Notes: generated from the sequence alone by a model not told the origin. Shown: positions 47,272-58,552, numbered from the stretch's first letter. The stretch: DNA of 64,000 nt from an uncultured Chloroflexia bacterium (GCA_963827965.1 CAWHCW010000019.1:4559-68558), one strand, 5' to 3'. Numbers and translations: made by a program.

Positions 47272-47809
47272 TCAGCGGGTGCTGATCACGCAGGTGCCGG
47301 CGATCAGGTCGTGCCAGCCGCGGCGCCGCTTGTCGACCAGGATCCAGATGAAGCCGAGGTAGAAGACGGCGCCCGAGACCCAGTAGCCCGACGAGGCGCA
47401 GGAGGGCCGGACCCCACCCGATCCGGCTGCCGTCGCGGTCGTTGACCACGCGGATCCCGGCCACCGTCATGCCCGGCGTCGAGCCGCCGCGCGCCCAGAA
47501 GAACGGGAAGTAGAGGAGGGAGAAGACGCCGATCACGAGGGCGCCGAGGATGAAGAAGCCCAGCCCGGCGCCGAATCCGGCCCAGGTGGAAGGGTCCTCC
47601 AGGCTGTCCGGGTTGTTGACGACGTCCCGATCAGCCCGCCGAGCAGCGGAAGGGCGATGACGAGGAAGAGCACGGAGGTGATGAGCCCCGACGATGATCG
47701 CGTCGAGGATGTAGGCGCCGAGGCGGGCCCCATGGCCGGCGAAGAGGACGCCGGGTGCGGGACCCGCGGGCTCGACCGGTGTCGGCCAGCTGGGCGGGGG
47801 CGTGGTCAT
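47272..47809 (-). CDS. RDD family membrane protein (frameshifted)
   Basis: RLGAYILD, STPGM...GIRVV, and a C-terminal RGWHDLIAGT. Confidence 0.82.
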
Positions 47810-47999
47810 GCGAGGTTCCCTCCCTGTGCCTCGAATGAGGCCTCACGCCGACTGGATGTTGACGATGCCCGGCGGAGGGTGGGCACCCCCCGATGCGGCG
47901 CAGCCGGCGCGCGTCGCCGGGCGATGGTAGCGGCTCGCATCGCAGGCGTCACCGGTCCCTTCCGCCCGACCTCCGGGCCGACCGGCCCGCTCGACGAGG

Positions 48000-49526
48000 T
48001 CAGGGTGCCAGGTCGAGCGACGCGAGCGCGGCCCTGGCGTGCTCCCGGGCCAGGTTCCAGGCCGGCCAGGCGGTGAGGCCGGGATCCGTCGCCAGCGCGC
48101 GGCGGCGCTCCTCGAGGTGCGCCCGGACGGCCAGCCGGTCCGGCCCGCCAAGGTCGGGCAGCGCCTCGACCATCGCGGGGACGGCATCGTCGCCGAGCGT
48201 CGCGAGGTAGGCCCCGTCGAGGCCGGCGCGGCCGCCCGGCGGCACCAGCGCCGGGTCGAGCGCGCGCTCCAGGTTGCGCCCCGCCACGTACCCCTGCGGT
48301 CCCACGACGTTGGCGACCACGACGGCGGCGATGCCAAGGGCCCCCAGCACGTGAACCAGGCGACCGGAGCGGCCGCGCGCAACGAGCACGCCAAGGGCGA
48401 GGAGAGCGGCCGCGAGCCAGCCGATCGACAGCAGGACCCAGAACCGGAGCTCCGTCCAGCCGTAGGCGTCCTGGTAGAGGCGGAGGCGCAGGAACGACGA
48501 GACAAGGGTCACGCCCGTCAGGCCGACGAGCACGATCGCGCCCGCCACGAACGCCCGACTGCGCTGGCGCACGCGCGCGTCGAGGGTCGCCACGACGAGC
48601 GCTGCCAGGCCGGCGGCGGCGAGGAGCTCGAAGAAGCCGCGCCGGGCGTAGTCGGCGTAGGTCAGGCCACCGGCTTCAAGGGTGTCCCGGCCGCCGAACA
48701 GGTAGGCAACCTGGAACGCGACGAACGCCGCGAAGAGGGCATCGAGGCACGCCAGCACGACGGTTGCCTCCAGCCCGCCGATCCCGAAGCGGGACGCTCG
48801 CCGGGACGGCGTCGAGAACCGCCGGTGATCGGCCACGTCCCTGGCGACCAGGCGAACCCCGGCCGCGGCGACGAGCACGCCGGCGACCACCCAGGCGACG
48901 GCGACGACGAACACCCCACGGTCGACCACGTCGCCAAACGGCAGTCGGAAGGGAAGGGTCAGGACCTCCCCCGCCGCAGCTGCAAAGACCGCGTCGGCGG
49001 CCGCGAAGAGCGCCGCGAACACCACCAGGAGGGGTGCCGCCACCAGCACACCGCGGAGCACGGGGGCCGCCCATCCGGGCCTCCCGCCCCGCCAGCCGCG
49101 GTCGCCCAGCTCCCGGCGGATCGCCCCCAGCGCCGGGATCGCACCGACGACGGCCGCCAGCGCCATCTCGCCAGCGCTGGCCGCGATGCCGCCTGCATCC
49201 GCGCGCATGAGGCGCCTGCCACCCATCGTCGCCAGGACGGCCCCGCCGAGGATGGCGGCGCCGAGCACGTCGACGGCGACCAGCGCCGGGTCGGCGCGCA
49301 CGGCCGCGAAGGCGGCGAGGACCAGGGCGACCGGGGCGAGCCACGCGTCGAGCCGGTCGATGCGGCGGAGGCGGGTCGGTCCCGCGGTGAGCGCGCCGGC
49401 CGCGAGCAGGAGGGCCACGTCCAGGACGACGTTGATCCCCAGGGCGTTGCCGCGGAACAGGAGGTCCGTCGCCACGCCAACGACGAGGGCCAGGGCGAGC
49501 AGGCGACGGGCGAGGGGTCCGGTCAT
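48000..49526 (-). CDS. DUF4153/DUF4173 membrane protein
   Basis: ALFAAADAVF, FQVAYLFGG, YADYARRGFFEL, YQDAYGWTELR. Confidence 0.85.
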   Translation of the reverse strand: MTGPLARRLLALALVVGVATDLLFRGNALGINVVLDVALLLAAGALTAGPTRLRRIDRLDAWLAPVALVLAAFAAVRADPALVAVDVLGAAILGGAVLATMGGRRLMRADAGGIAASAGEMALAAVVGAIPALGAIRRELGDRGWRGGRPGWAAPVLRGVLVAAPLLVVFAALFAAADAVFAAAAGEVLTLPFRLPFGDVVDRGVFVVAVAWVVAGVLVAAAGVRLVARDVADHRRFSTPSRRASRFGIGGLEATVVLACLDALFAAFVAFQVAYLFGGRDTLEAGGLTYADYARRGFFELLAAAGLAALVVATLDARVRQRSRAFVAGAIVLVGLTGVTLVSSFLRLRLYQDAYGWTELRFWVLLSIGWLAAALLALGVLVARGRSGRLVHVLGALGIAAVVVANVVGPQGYVAGRNLERALDPALVPPGGRAGLDGAYLATLGDDAVPAMVEALPDLGGPDRLAVRAHLEERRRALATDPGLTAWPAWNLAREHARAALASLDLAP

Positions 49527-49635
49527 GCTCCCCTGCGACGGGCGGGCGGCGCGGCGTGTTGCGCGGCCCTCCGCCACGGAGCCGAGAGGCCCGCCGGGCC
49601 GACTCACGCCGAAGCCTCGGGGCCGCCCGCCTGGA

Positions 49636-50979
49636 TCAGCGCGGGCGGATGACGTCGGTGCCGAGCGTGGCGCGGAGCGGCTCGGGGACCACCACGGACC
49701 CGTCCGGCTGCTGGTGGGCCTCCAGGAGCGCCGCGACGACGCGGGCCAGGGCCAGGCCGCTCCCGTTGAGGGTGTGCACGAGCTCCGGCCTGGCGCCGGC
49801 AACGGGCCGGTAGCGGATGGCCATCCGGCGGGCCTGGTAGTCGCGGAAGTTGGAGCAGGAGGAGACCTCCAGCCAGCGCTCCACGCCCGGCGCCCAGACC
49901 TCCAGGTCGTACTTCTTGGCCTGCACGAAGCCCATGTCGCGGGTGGCCATGAGGAGCACGCGGTAGGCCAGCCCCAGGCGCCGCAGGAGGTCCTCGGCCC
50001 GGCCGGTCATCCACTCGAGCGCCTCGTTCGACGCCTCCGGCCGCTCGAAGAGGACCATCTCCACCTTGTCGAACTGGTGGACCCGCAGGATCCCGCGGGT
50101 GTCCTTGCCGGCGGCGCCGGCCTCGCGCCGGAAGCACGGGGTGTAGGCGGCGTAGCGGACGGGCAGCGCGTCGGCCTCGAAGATCTCGTCGCGGTGGAGG
50201 TTCGTGACGGGGACCTCGGCCGTGGGGACCAGGTAGAGATCGTCGCGGGTCACGACGTACATCTGGTCTTCCTTGTCCGGGATCTGGCCCGTTCCCCGCG
50301 CCGAGGCGGCGTTGACCATGGCCGGCGGCCAGATCTCGGTGAAGCCGTTCTCCCGGACGTGGACGCCGAGGAAGAAGTCGATGAGGGCGCGCTGGAGCGC
50401 GGCGCCGGCGCCGCGGTAGACGGGAAAGCCCGAGCCCGTGATCTTCGCGCCGCGCTCGAGGTCGAGGATGCCGAGGGCCTCGGCGATCTCCCAGTGCGGC
50501 TTCCGCTCCCAGGTGCCGGCCGCGGGGTCGGCGTCGGCCCCCACCTCGCCGACCAGCGGCACGACGCGGGGGAGCAGCTCGCCCCAGGTCCGGACGACGA
50601 CGTTCGCCTCGGCGTCGCCGACCGGGACGCCCGGGTCGGCCGGGTTCGGGATCCGCAGGAGCGCATCGTCGAGCCGGGCCTGGACGTCGGCGGCCTCGGC
50701 GTCGAGCGCCCCGATCCGCTCGCCGGCCGCGACCGAGGCGGCCCGCAGGGCGGCGACCTCCGGGCCATCGGGCGCGGCGCCGCCGCGGATCGCCTCGCCG
50801 ACGCGCTTCGAGACGGCGTTCCGCTCGGCCTTGAGCGTGTCGGCATCGCCCAGGAGGCGCCGGCGGCGGGCATCGAGCTCGAGGGCGACGTCGACGAGCG
50901 AGGGGTCCTCGCCCTTGTCGAGCGCGCCCTGGCGGATGACCTCCGGCTCCTCGCGCAGCCGCTGCAGCCCGACGCTCAT
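49636..50979 (-). CDS. serS: Serine--tRNA ligase
   Basis: LVPTAEV, FRREAG, RVHQFDKVE, EVSSCSN, HTLNGSGLA. Confidence 0.97.
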   Translation of the reverse strand: MSVGLQRLREEPEVIRQGALDKGEDPSLVDVALELDARRRRLLGDADTLKAERNAVSKRVGEAIRGGAAPDGPEVAALRAASVAAGERIGALDAEAADVQARLDDALLRIPNPADPGVPVGDAEANVVVRTWGELLPRVVPLVGEVGADADPAAGTWERKPHWEIAEALGILDLERGAKITGSGFPVYRGAGAALQRALIDFFLGVHVRENGFTEIWPPAMVNAASARGTGQIPDKEDQMYVVTRDDLYLVPTAEVPVTNLHRDEIFEADALPVRYAAYTPCFRREAGAAGKDTRGILRVHQFDKVEMVLFERPEASNEALEWMTGRAEDLLRRLGLAYRVLLMATRDMGFVQAKKYDLEVWAPGVERWLEVSSCSNFRDYQARRMAIRYRPVAGARPELVHTLNGSGLALARVVAALLEAHQQPDGSVVVPEPLRATLGTDVIRPR

Positions 50980-52658
50980 GCCCCGGCCTCCTCCCCGCTC
51001 GTGGCTGTCTCGCCCGGGCCGCCGCCGCCCGTCGCCGCGTCGCCGCTCGGGGCTCCGCTGGCGCCGTGATCATGCCAGCCCGCGGCGGCCCGCAGGCGGG
51101 CGATCACGAACGACGCATCCAGGCTCGCCAGGAGCCAGCCGGCGCGCGGTCCGTTGGTGCGGCCCAGGAAGGCCAGGTAGACCGCGCCGAACGCCCGGCC
51201 GGCCGGCAGCGCCGCGTCCCCGGCGACCCGGAAGAGGAGCGCCTGCCAGGCGTCGCCGCCGTGGGGGTCCTCCTTCGCGGCGGCGAGGGCGAGGCCGCCC
51301 AGGAAGACCCGCTGGTCCTCGCCGAGGGCGGCGGCCTCGGCCGGGAGGGCGTCCCGCCGGACGCGCACCACGGCGCTCTCCGGGGCGTAGGCGTCCAGCC
51401 AGGCCCGGGCGGCGGCGAGCCGCTCGGCCAGGGTCCGCTCCTCGCGCGGCGTGAGGGGCGCGCCCTTCTCCTCCGCCACGCGGGCGGCGATCTCCACGCC
51501 GGGGATCTGGGCCAGGAGGGCGAGGTGCCCGAAGGCGGGCCGGTAGGCGGCCGCGGCCTCGGCGGCGGACGCGTCGGCGAGCTGGACGTAGCCGAAGAGG
51601 CGCTCGTGGTCGGGCGGCAGCTCGCCGCGATAGGGGCGGCCGGCGACGGCCGCGGCCAGCCTGTCGAGCTCGTCGAAGAGGCGCGGGATCGCGTCCGTGC
51701 CCTCCGGGTCGAACTCGATCGCCTGGCTCGGGCGGGGCCGCAGGAAGAGGAGGCGGAGGGGCTCCGGGGGCAGCACCTCGGCGATCCGCTGGGCGGACGC
51801 GCCGCGGCCCCTGGAGGTCGACATCTTGCGGCCGCCGATGTTGAGGAACTCGTAGGCGAGGTTGCGCGGCGGCTCGCGGTCGAACACCTCGCGGGCGATG
51901 GCGTCCGCTCGATCGCGCGAGCCGCCGGCCGTGGCGAGGTCCTTGCCGCACGGCTCGATCGTCACCCCGAGGAGGCTCCACTGGGCGGCCCATTCGAGGT
52001 TCCAGTACAGCTTGGCGTTCCCGCCGAACGGCGAGACGCGGCCCGCGAACCCGCAGCCGTGGGCCCAGGTGACGTAGTCGGGACGGCATTCGACCCGCAC
52101 CGTCTCGCCGTCCCAGTCGAGGGCGATCGTCGTGCCGACCTTGCCGCAGACGGGGCAGATCGCCTGGACCGGCAGCCATCCCGCGGGCCGCTCCACCTTG
52201 CTGACGTGCCGGTAGATGTCGCGGACCACCTGGGCCCGGTCGAGCGCGGTGCGGATGAAGGGGTCCACCTCGCCGGTCGGGTAGATGTCGCTCATCCAGT
52301 AGTAGCGGTCGGGGAGGATCCCGAGGCCCGCGAAGATGTCGATGAATGCCTGGGCGTGATGCCGGGCGTACGAAGCGTGGCAGTCGCCCGCCTGGTCGGG
52401 GACCTGCGCCAGCGGGCGGCCCATCTCGTGGTCGACCGAATCCGGCGTCAGGAGCGCCTGGGCGTCCATCGGGTCCATGTCGTCGACGCCGTAGAGGAGC
52501 GTCGTCGGCAGGCCGCGATCGCGCAGGGCGCGGCTGATGACGTCGAGGATCACCGGGCCCCGCAGGCTCCCCACGTGGACCGTCCCGGACGGGGTCTTCG
52601 AGTCGTTGACGACCTGCGGTCCCTCGACCGATGCCGCCAGCTCGTCGGCCCAGTACAT
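50976..52658 (-). CDS. lysS: Lysine--tRNA ligase, class I
   Basis: MYWADE...TPSGTVHVGSLR, CPVCGK, CGKDL, YEF, KMSTSRG, NGPRAG. Confidence 0.93.
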   Translation of the reverse strand: MYWADELAASVEGPQVVNDSKTPSGTVHVGSLRGPVILDVISRALRDRGLPTTLLYGVDDMDPMDAQALLTPDSVDHEMGRPLAQVPDQAGDCHASYARHHAQAFIDIFAGLGILPDRYYWMSDIYPTGEVDPFIRTALDRAQVVRDIYRHVSKVERPAGWLPVQAICPVCGKVGTTIALDWDGETVRVECRPDYVTWAHGCGFAGRVSPFGGNAKLYWNLEWAAQWSLLGVTIEPCGKDLATAGGSRDRADAIAREVFDREPPRNLAYEFLNIGGRKMSTSRGRGASAQRIAEVLPPEPLRLLFLRPRPSQAIEFDPEGTDAIPRLFDELDRLAAAVAGRPYRGELPPDHERLFGYVQLADASAAEAAAAYRPAFGHLALLAQIPGVEIAARVAEEKGAPLTPREERTLAERLAAARAWLDAYAPESAVVRVRRDALPAEAAALGEDQRVFLGGLALAAAKEDPHGGDAWQALLFRVAGDAALPAGRAFGAVYLAFLGRTNGPRAGWLLASLDASFVIARLRAAAGWHDHGASGAPSGDAATGGGGPGETATSGEEAGA

Positions 52659-52735
52659 CCCTGCGTCCTCCGCTCCGGTGGGCCGGGCCGGACAGGCGGC
52701 TCCGGCCGCCCGACCCGGTCCCTCCGGGCGGGCGA

Positions 52736-53200
52736 TCAGCTGATCGAGATGATCGTGTACGCGCAGTCGGTCCCGTTCGGCAGCTTCACGACGACCGTCT
52801 CGCCGGCCTTCCTGCCGAGGAGGGCGCGGCCGACCGGCGACTCGTTGGAGATCCGCCCCTCCGCCGGTCGAGCCTCGGCGGAGCCCACGATCGCGAACGT
52901 CTCCTCGCCGTCGGGCGATTCCACCGTCACCGACGAGCCGAGGGCGACGTGCTCGGAGCCGCTGTTCTCGATGGTCACGGCGGTCTTGAGCATCCCCTCG
53001 AGGGTCTGGATCCGTCCCTCGACGAAGGCCTGCTCGTTCTTGGCCTCCTCGTACTCGGCGTTCTCCGAGAGGTCCCCGTGCTCCTTCGCGTCGTGGATGC
53101 GGGCCGCGACCTCGAAACGGCGGACGTTGACCAGCTGCTCCAGCTCCAGGCGGAGCGCGGCCTCGCCCTCGCGCGAGAGGTAGGTGGGCTTGTTGTTCAC
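52736..53200 (-). CDS. greA: Transcription elongation factor GreA
   Basis: HGDLSENAEYEEAK, ISNESPVGRALLG. Confidence 0.96.
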   Translation of the reverse strand: MNNKPTYLSREGEAALRLELEQLVNVRRFEVAARIHDAKEHGDLSENAEYEEAKNEQAFVEGRIQTLEGMLKTAVTIENSGSEHVALGSSVTVESPDGEETFAIVGSAEARPAEGRISNESPVGRALLGRKAGETVVVKLPNGTDCAYTIISIS

Positions 53201-53337
53201 GGAGGAGCGGCCCCCAGGGTGATCTGCCGCGACGGCCGGCGTCGACGACGCGGCGGGTGGCGACGAGCTGGCTGAGAAGGAAACGAACCCCGGGCAACTG
53301 CCTCGCTGGAGGCGCGCCCGAAGTCCGGCCGGCGGGG

Positions 53338-53367
53338 ATCATAGCCCCGCCCCAGCGGGGGTGTCAA
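53338..53367 (-). promoter_or_regulatory. Sigma70-type promoter upstream of greA
   Basis: TTGACA, 18 nt spacer, TATGAT on the minus strand. Confidence 0.8.
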
Positions 53368-53449
53368 AGCGGGGTCGGCCGGAAGCCAGGCCTCCCGGCG
53401 CCCGGCGGGAACGAGGTGCAGGAACACGCGCCCGCCGGCCGTGGTGCCG

Positions 53450-53918
53450 CTACCCCGCCGCCAGCCGTTCCAGGCGATCGCGGACGCGGCGCAGGGCGCG
53501 GCGATCCGGGCAGGCGACGAAGCACGTGTCGTCGCCCGCGATCGAGCCGACGACCTCGGGCCAGCGGGCGCGGTCCAGCGAGGCCGCGATCGCGTGGGCC
53601 GACCCCGGCAGGGTGACCAGCACGAGCAGCGAGCCCGGCTTCGCGGATCTCGACCGGCAGGTCGCGGAAGAGGCGGCGCAGGCGGTCCTCGCCGGTCGGG
53701 TCGGCGTCGGCGAGGCGCGGCGGCAGGGCGTAGACGCTGACCCCATCGCGGTGGACCTTGACCAGCTGCAGCTCGGCGATGTCGCGGCTGATCGTCGCCT
53801 GCGTCGTCCGGAAGCCGCGGTCGCGGAGCGCGGCGGCGAGCTCCTGCTGGGTCCGGATCGGCCGCTGCTCCACGAGGTCGCGGATCGCCCGCTGGCGGAG
53901 CTGCTTCATCACCTCCAT
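53450..53918 (-). CDS. argR: Arginine repressor (frameshift ~53630)
   Basis: [32 protein letters not shown]. Confidence 0.93.
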
Positions 53919-53935
53919 CGCCGGGCGGCCCCCCG

Positions 53936-54763
53936 CTACGCGTTCAGGAAGTAGACGACGACCACCACCGCGAGGACCAGGCGATAGCCGACGAAGACCG
54001 TCATCGGGTGGCCGCGGAGGTAGCGGAGGAGGCCGGCGATGGCCACGAGCCCGGCGAGCGCCGCGGCGAGGAACCCGACGACGAGCGGGCCCACCTCGAC
54101 CGCGACGCCCGCCTCGCCGGTGAGGAGCTTGCGGATCTCGTAGGCGCCGGCCCCCGCGATGATCGGGGCGGCCATCAGGAAGGAGAAGCGCGCCGCGGCC
54201 TCGCGGGTGAGCCCCAGGGCAAGTGCGGCGCTGATGGAGATCCCGGACCGGCTGATCCCCGGCACCAGGGCCAGCGCCTGGGCGCAGCCGACGAAGAAGG
54301 CGCCGCCAAACCCGAGGTGCTCCATCCCGGCCGTCCGGCGGCCGAGCCGGTCGGTCATCCAGAGGATCGCGGCCCCGATGACGAGCATGACGGCGACGAG
54401 GACCGGCTGGCGGACCTCCTGCTCGAAGAAGTCGTTGAGGAGAAGCCCGGCGGCGATCGCCGGGGGCATCGTGGCCGCGATCATCCAGGCCAGCCTCCGA
54501 TCGGGATCGCCGGCGAACGAGCGGTCGCGAATCGCCGCCAGCCCGGCCGGGACGAGGCGGGCCCAGTCGCGCCAGAAGTAGACGAGCAGCGCGACGAGCG
54601 TCCCCATGTGGAGCATCACCCCGAACGCCAGCGAGGTCAGGAACGGGTCGTTCCAGCCGAGGAGGTAGGGAACGACGATGAGGTGCCCGGACGAGGAGAT
54701 CGGCAGGAACTCGGTGAGCCCCTGCACGATCCCGATGACGAGGGCCTGGAGGATGAGGTCCAT
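53936..54763 (-). CDS. uppP: Undecaprenyl-diphosphate phosphatase
   Basis: GIVQGLTEFLPISSSGH, PGISRSG, ARFSF. Confidence 0.95.
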   Translation of the reverse strand: MDLILQALVIGIVQGLTEFLPISSSGHLIVVPYLLGWNDPFLTSLAFGVMLHMGTLVALLVYFWRDWARLVPAGLAAIRDRSFAGDPDRRLAWMIAATMPPAIAAGLLLNDFFEQEVRQPVLVAVMLVIGAAILWMTDRLGRRTAGMEHLGFGGAFFVGCAQALALVPGISRSGISISAALALGLTREAAARFSFLMAAPIIAGAGAYEIRKLLTGEAGVAVEVGPLVVGFLAAALAGLVAIAGLLRYLRGHPMTVFVGYRLVLAVVVVVYFLNA

Positions 54764-54816
54764 CGAACCTGCGGCGGACCGCGCCCGAGGGCGCGGCCCG
54801 CCGTTCTCGGTCTCGC

Positions 54817-57043
54817 CTAGCGGATGAAGAGCGGCGCGAGGACCAGGGTGATCGTCGCCAGGAGCTTGACGAGGACGTGGAGCGACGGGCCGGCGGTGTC
54901 CTTGAACGGATCGCCGACGGTGTCGCCGACGACCGCCGCGGCGTGCGCGTCGGTCTTCTTGCCGAGGACGTTCCCCGCCGCGTCCTTGAGGTGGCCCGAC
55001 TCGATGTACTTCTTGGCGTTGTCCCACGCGCCGCCGCCGTTGTTGAGGACGGTGGCGAGGAGGACGCCGGCGATCGTGCCGACCATCAGCAGGCCGGCCA
55101 CCGCCTCGTAGCCGAGGAGGACGCCGACGATGATCGGCGTGGCCACGGCCACGAGGCCCGGAGCGACCATCTCGCGCAGGGCGGCGCGGGTCGTGATGTC
55201 GACGACGCGGGCGTAGTCCGGGCGGCCGGTGTAGTCCATGATCCCGGGGATCTCGCGGAACTGGCGGCGCACCTCGACGATGATCGCCTGGGCCGTCGTG
55301 CCGACGGCCCGGATCGCGAGCGAGCTGAAGAAGTAGACGAGCATCGCGCCGATGAGGGCCGCGACGAAGACGTTGACGTTGGCCAGGTTGACCGACGTCA
55401 TGAGCTCCACGCCCGGCTTGCCGGCCTCGATCTGGCGTCCCAGGATCAGGTTGACCTTGTCGATGTAGGCGCTGAACAGGAGGAAGGCGGCGAGCGAGGC
55501 GGACGCGATCGCGTAGCCCTTGGTGAGCGCCTTGGTCGTGTTGCCGACGGCGTCGAGGCGGTCGGTGATCTCGCGGGCGCTCGCCTCGGCCCGGCTGAAC
55601 TCGGCGATGCCGCCGGCGTTGTCGGTGATCGGCCCGAAGGTGTCCATGGCCAGGATGTAGGCCGTGGTCATGAGCATGCCCATGGTCGCGACGGCGGTCC
55701 CGAAGATGCCGCCGACGTTGCGGCCGTTCGCCGTCCACGAGGCCGGCCTGCTCGCCCAGCCAGTGGCTGGCGAGGAGCGCGATGCCGATCGTGATCGCGG
55801 TCACGAAGGTCGTCTCGAAGCCGACCGCCGTGCCGCTGATGATGTTCGTCGCGGGGCCGGTCTTGGAGGCCTCGGCGATCTCGCGGACCGGGCGGAACGA
55901 GCCGGCCGTGTAGTACTGGGTGATGTAGACGAAGGCGACGCTGGTGGCCAGGCCGACGACGCCGGCGCCGAAGAACCAGACCCAGGCCGGGATCCCGTTG
56001 GCGCCGGTCTGGGCGCCGGTCTGCATCATCACGTTCGTGACGAAGCCGAGGGCGACCACGGACAGGATCGTGGTGACCCAGTAGCCGCGGTTGAGGATGT
56101 TCATCGGGTTCTCGTCCTCGCGACCGCGGACGAAGAACATCGCGACGATCGTGGACAGCAGGCCGAAGGCGCGGACGACGAGCGGGAAGAAGATCCAGGC
56201 CTCGGGGTTCGGCCAGCCGGCGTCTGGGCGATCGTGTAGACGCCCACGCCCAGGATCATCGCGCCGATGTTCTCGGCGGCGGTGGACTCGAAGAGGTCCG
56301 CGCCGCGGCCGGCGCAGTCGCCGACGTTGTCGCCGACGAGGTCGGCGATGACGCCCGCGTTGCGCGGGTCGTCCTCGGGGATCCCCGCCTCGACCTTGCC
56401 GACGAGGTCGGAGCCGACGTCCGCGGCCTTGGTGTAGATGCCGCCGCCGAGCTGGGCGAAGAGGGCCACGAAGGAGGCCCCGAAGCCGAAGCCGACGATG
56501 AGGAACGGGGCCTGGTGGATCGTCGTCGTCGTTCAGGCCGCCGAAGGCGGCGAAGATCAGGTAGACGCCGAGGAGCGACAGGGCGACGACGAGGAAGCCC
56601 GAGACGGCGCCGCCGCGCATGGCGACCTGGACCGCCTCGACGAGGCTGCGGCGCGCGGCGGCGGCGGTGCGGACGTTGGCCTTGACGCTGATGTACATGC
56701 CGATGATCCCGGAGGCCATCGAGCAGGCCGCGCCGACGAGGAAGGCGATCGCGGTCCGGCTGCCGAGCTCGGGCCCGAAGATGTTCGTGTCGGCGACGTC
56801 CTTCGTCTCGAAGATCGAGATGAGGATGCCGATCGCCACGGCGCCGACGACGGCGAGGATCGCGATCGTCGTGTACTGGCGCCGGATGAAGGCGACGGCG
56901 CCTTCGAAGATCGTCGCCGCGACGTCCTCCATCTCCTTGGTGCCGGTGTCGCGACGCAGCACGTCGCGGGCGAGGTAGAGGGCGAAGGCGATGGCGATGA
57001 GCCCCGCCGGCAGGATGATCAGCTGGAGCGGATCGGAGCTCAT
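54817..57043 (-). CDS. hppA: Membrane-bound ion-translocating pyrophosphatase, predicted K+-independent H+-pumping type (frameshifted)
   Basis: [60 protein letters not shown]. Confidence 0.95.
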
Positions 57044-57186
57044 GGGCTGGTTCTGCGACCTCCCTGTCAGGCACAGCCGTCCGCGCTGGCGCGACCATCG
57101 CGCCGGGACGAGGGATCGTTGGTGCGCCTGGTCGCGCCGGCCCCTCCCTTCGGGGCAGGACGACGGGACGGCTCAGGCCGTGGGCG

Positions 57187-57216
57187 AGTGTATCAACTGC
57201 CCGCAGAGCGGGTCAA
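57187..57216 (-). promoter_or_regulatory. Sigma70-type promoter of hppA
   Basis: TTGACC, 18 nt spacer, TACACT, with a TGn extension. Confidence 0.7.
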
Positions 57217-57316
57217 ACCCGCATATCGCGCCGTTTATGCAACCCTGCGCAGGCGAGCAGGCTTCCCGAACGGGGCGGGGCGGCAACCGCCGCCGTACCC
57301 CTATACTGCCGGACTT

Positions 57317-57923
57317 GTGACACGACGCCCGCTCGGGTGCCTCTTCGAGATCGTCGAGACGCTCGTCCTCACCCTCATCATCTTCTTCGTCATCCAGACG
57401 TTCGTCGCCCAGCCGTACCACGTCGAGCAGCAGTCGATGGAGCGCACCCTCGAGCCGGACCAGTACGTGCTGGTCGACAAGCTGACGCCCCGCTGGGACG
57501 ACTACACGCGCGGCGACATCGTCGTCTTCGAGCCGCCGCCGGCGTGGGTCGAGGGCGGCCCCCAGACGCCGTTCATCAAGCGGGTCATCGGCCTCCCCGG
57601 CGAGACCGTGGAGATCCGCGACGGCGCGGTCTACATCAACGGACGTCAAGCTCGACGAGCCGTACATCTTCGACCTCCAGCCGACGACGGCGGCCGACGA
57701 GCCGGCCCGCCTGGTCGTCCCCGAGGGCCAGCTCTTCGTCATGGGCGACCACCGGGCAGCTTCGGCCGACTCGCGCGCGTTCGGGCCCATCGAGCAGAGC
57801 ACGATCATCGGCCGCGCCTGGCTCCGCTACTGGCCGGTCTCTGCCCTCGGGGTCCTCCCCACGCCCACCTACCCGGCGCCCGTCGGGAACGGCGACGCGA
57901 GGCCGAGCCCGGCCGTCCCGTGA
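57317..57923 (+). CDS. lepB: Signal peptidase I (frameshift ~57645)
   Basis: QSMERTL, FIKRVIGLPGE, MGDHR...SADSR. Confidence 0.9.
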
Positions 57924-58541
57924 CGGTGCTGCTCGTCGCGGCCGGCGCGCTCGTGGCCCTCGGCGCGGGCGTCGCGACCGGCGCTCGCCAGGCGCGAGCG
58001 GCGGCGGTCGGCGCCCTGGCCTGCCTCGTCTTCGCACCCCTCGTGGCCGAGCCGCTGCCCGAGATCCCGGCCGCCCTCTTCCGGATCGTCGCCGGCGGTG
58101 CTCGCTGCCTTCCTCCTGCTGGTCGCCGGCCGGAGAGCCGGCGACGAGTCCGGATCCCCGCTGGGGCTCCCGGCGACCCTCGCGGCCGCGGCTGCCGCGT
58201 TCGCCGCCGGGCTGGGCGCCACGGCCGTCGGCCTCCCGGCATTCGGGCCCGGGGCCGCCGTCGCCGCCGGGCTGGCGTGCCTCGTGGTCGCCCTGCCCCC
58301 CGTGATCCGCGCCCGCGACGCCTTCCGCATGGGAACCGCGCTGGTGGTGCTCGCCAACGCCGCCCTCCTCCTCCGGAGCGGGCTCGCCGGCACCCCGGCG
58401 ACGATCGAGGTGCTCGTCGGCGGCGCCGCCCTCGTCGCCCTCGCCGCTGCGGTCGTGACGCTCGCCGGGACCGCGGCGACGGCCACGGGCGGCCTCGCGA
58501 TCCCCGGCGACGCGATCGAGCGGCGCCGTCCGCCGGCCTGA
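57920..58541 (+). CDS. Hydrophobic membrane protein (frameshift ~58100)
   Basis: GTGA overlap with lepB; almost entirely hydrophobic helices. Confidence 0.6.
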
Positions 58542-58552
58542 AGGGCTCCCCG

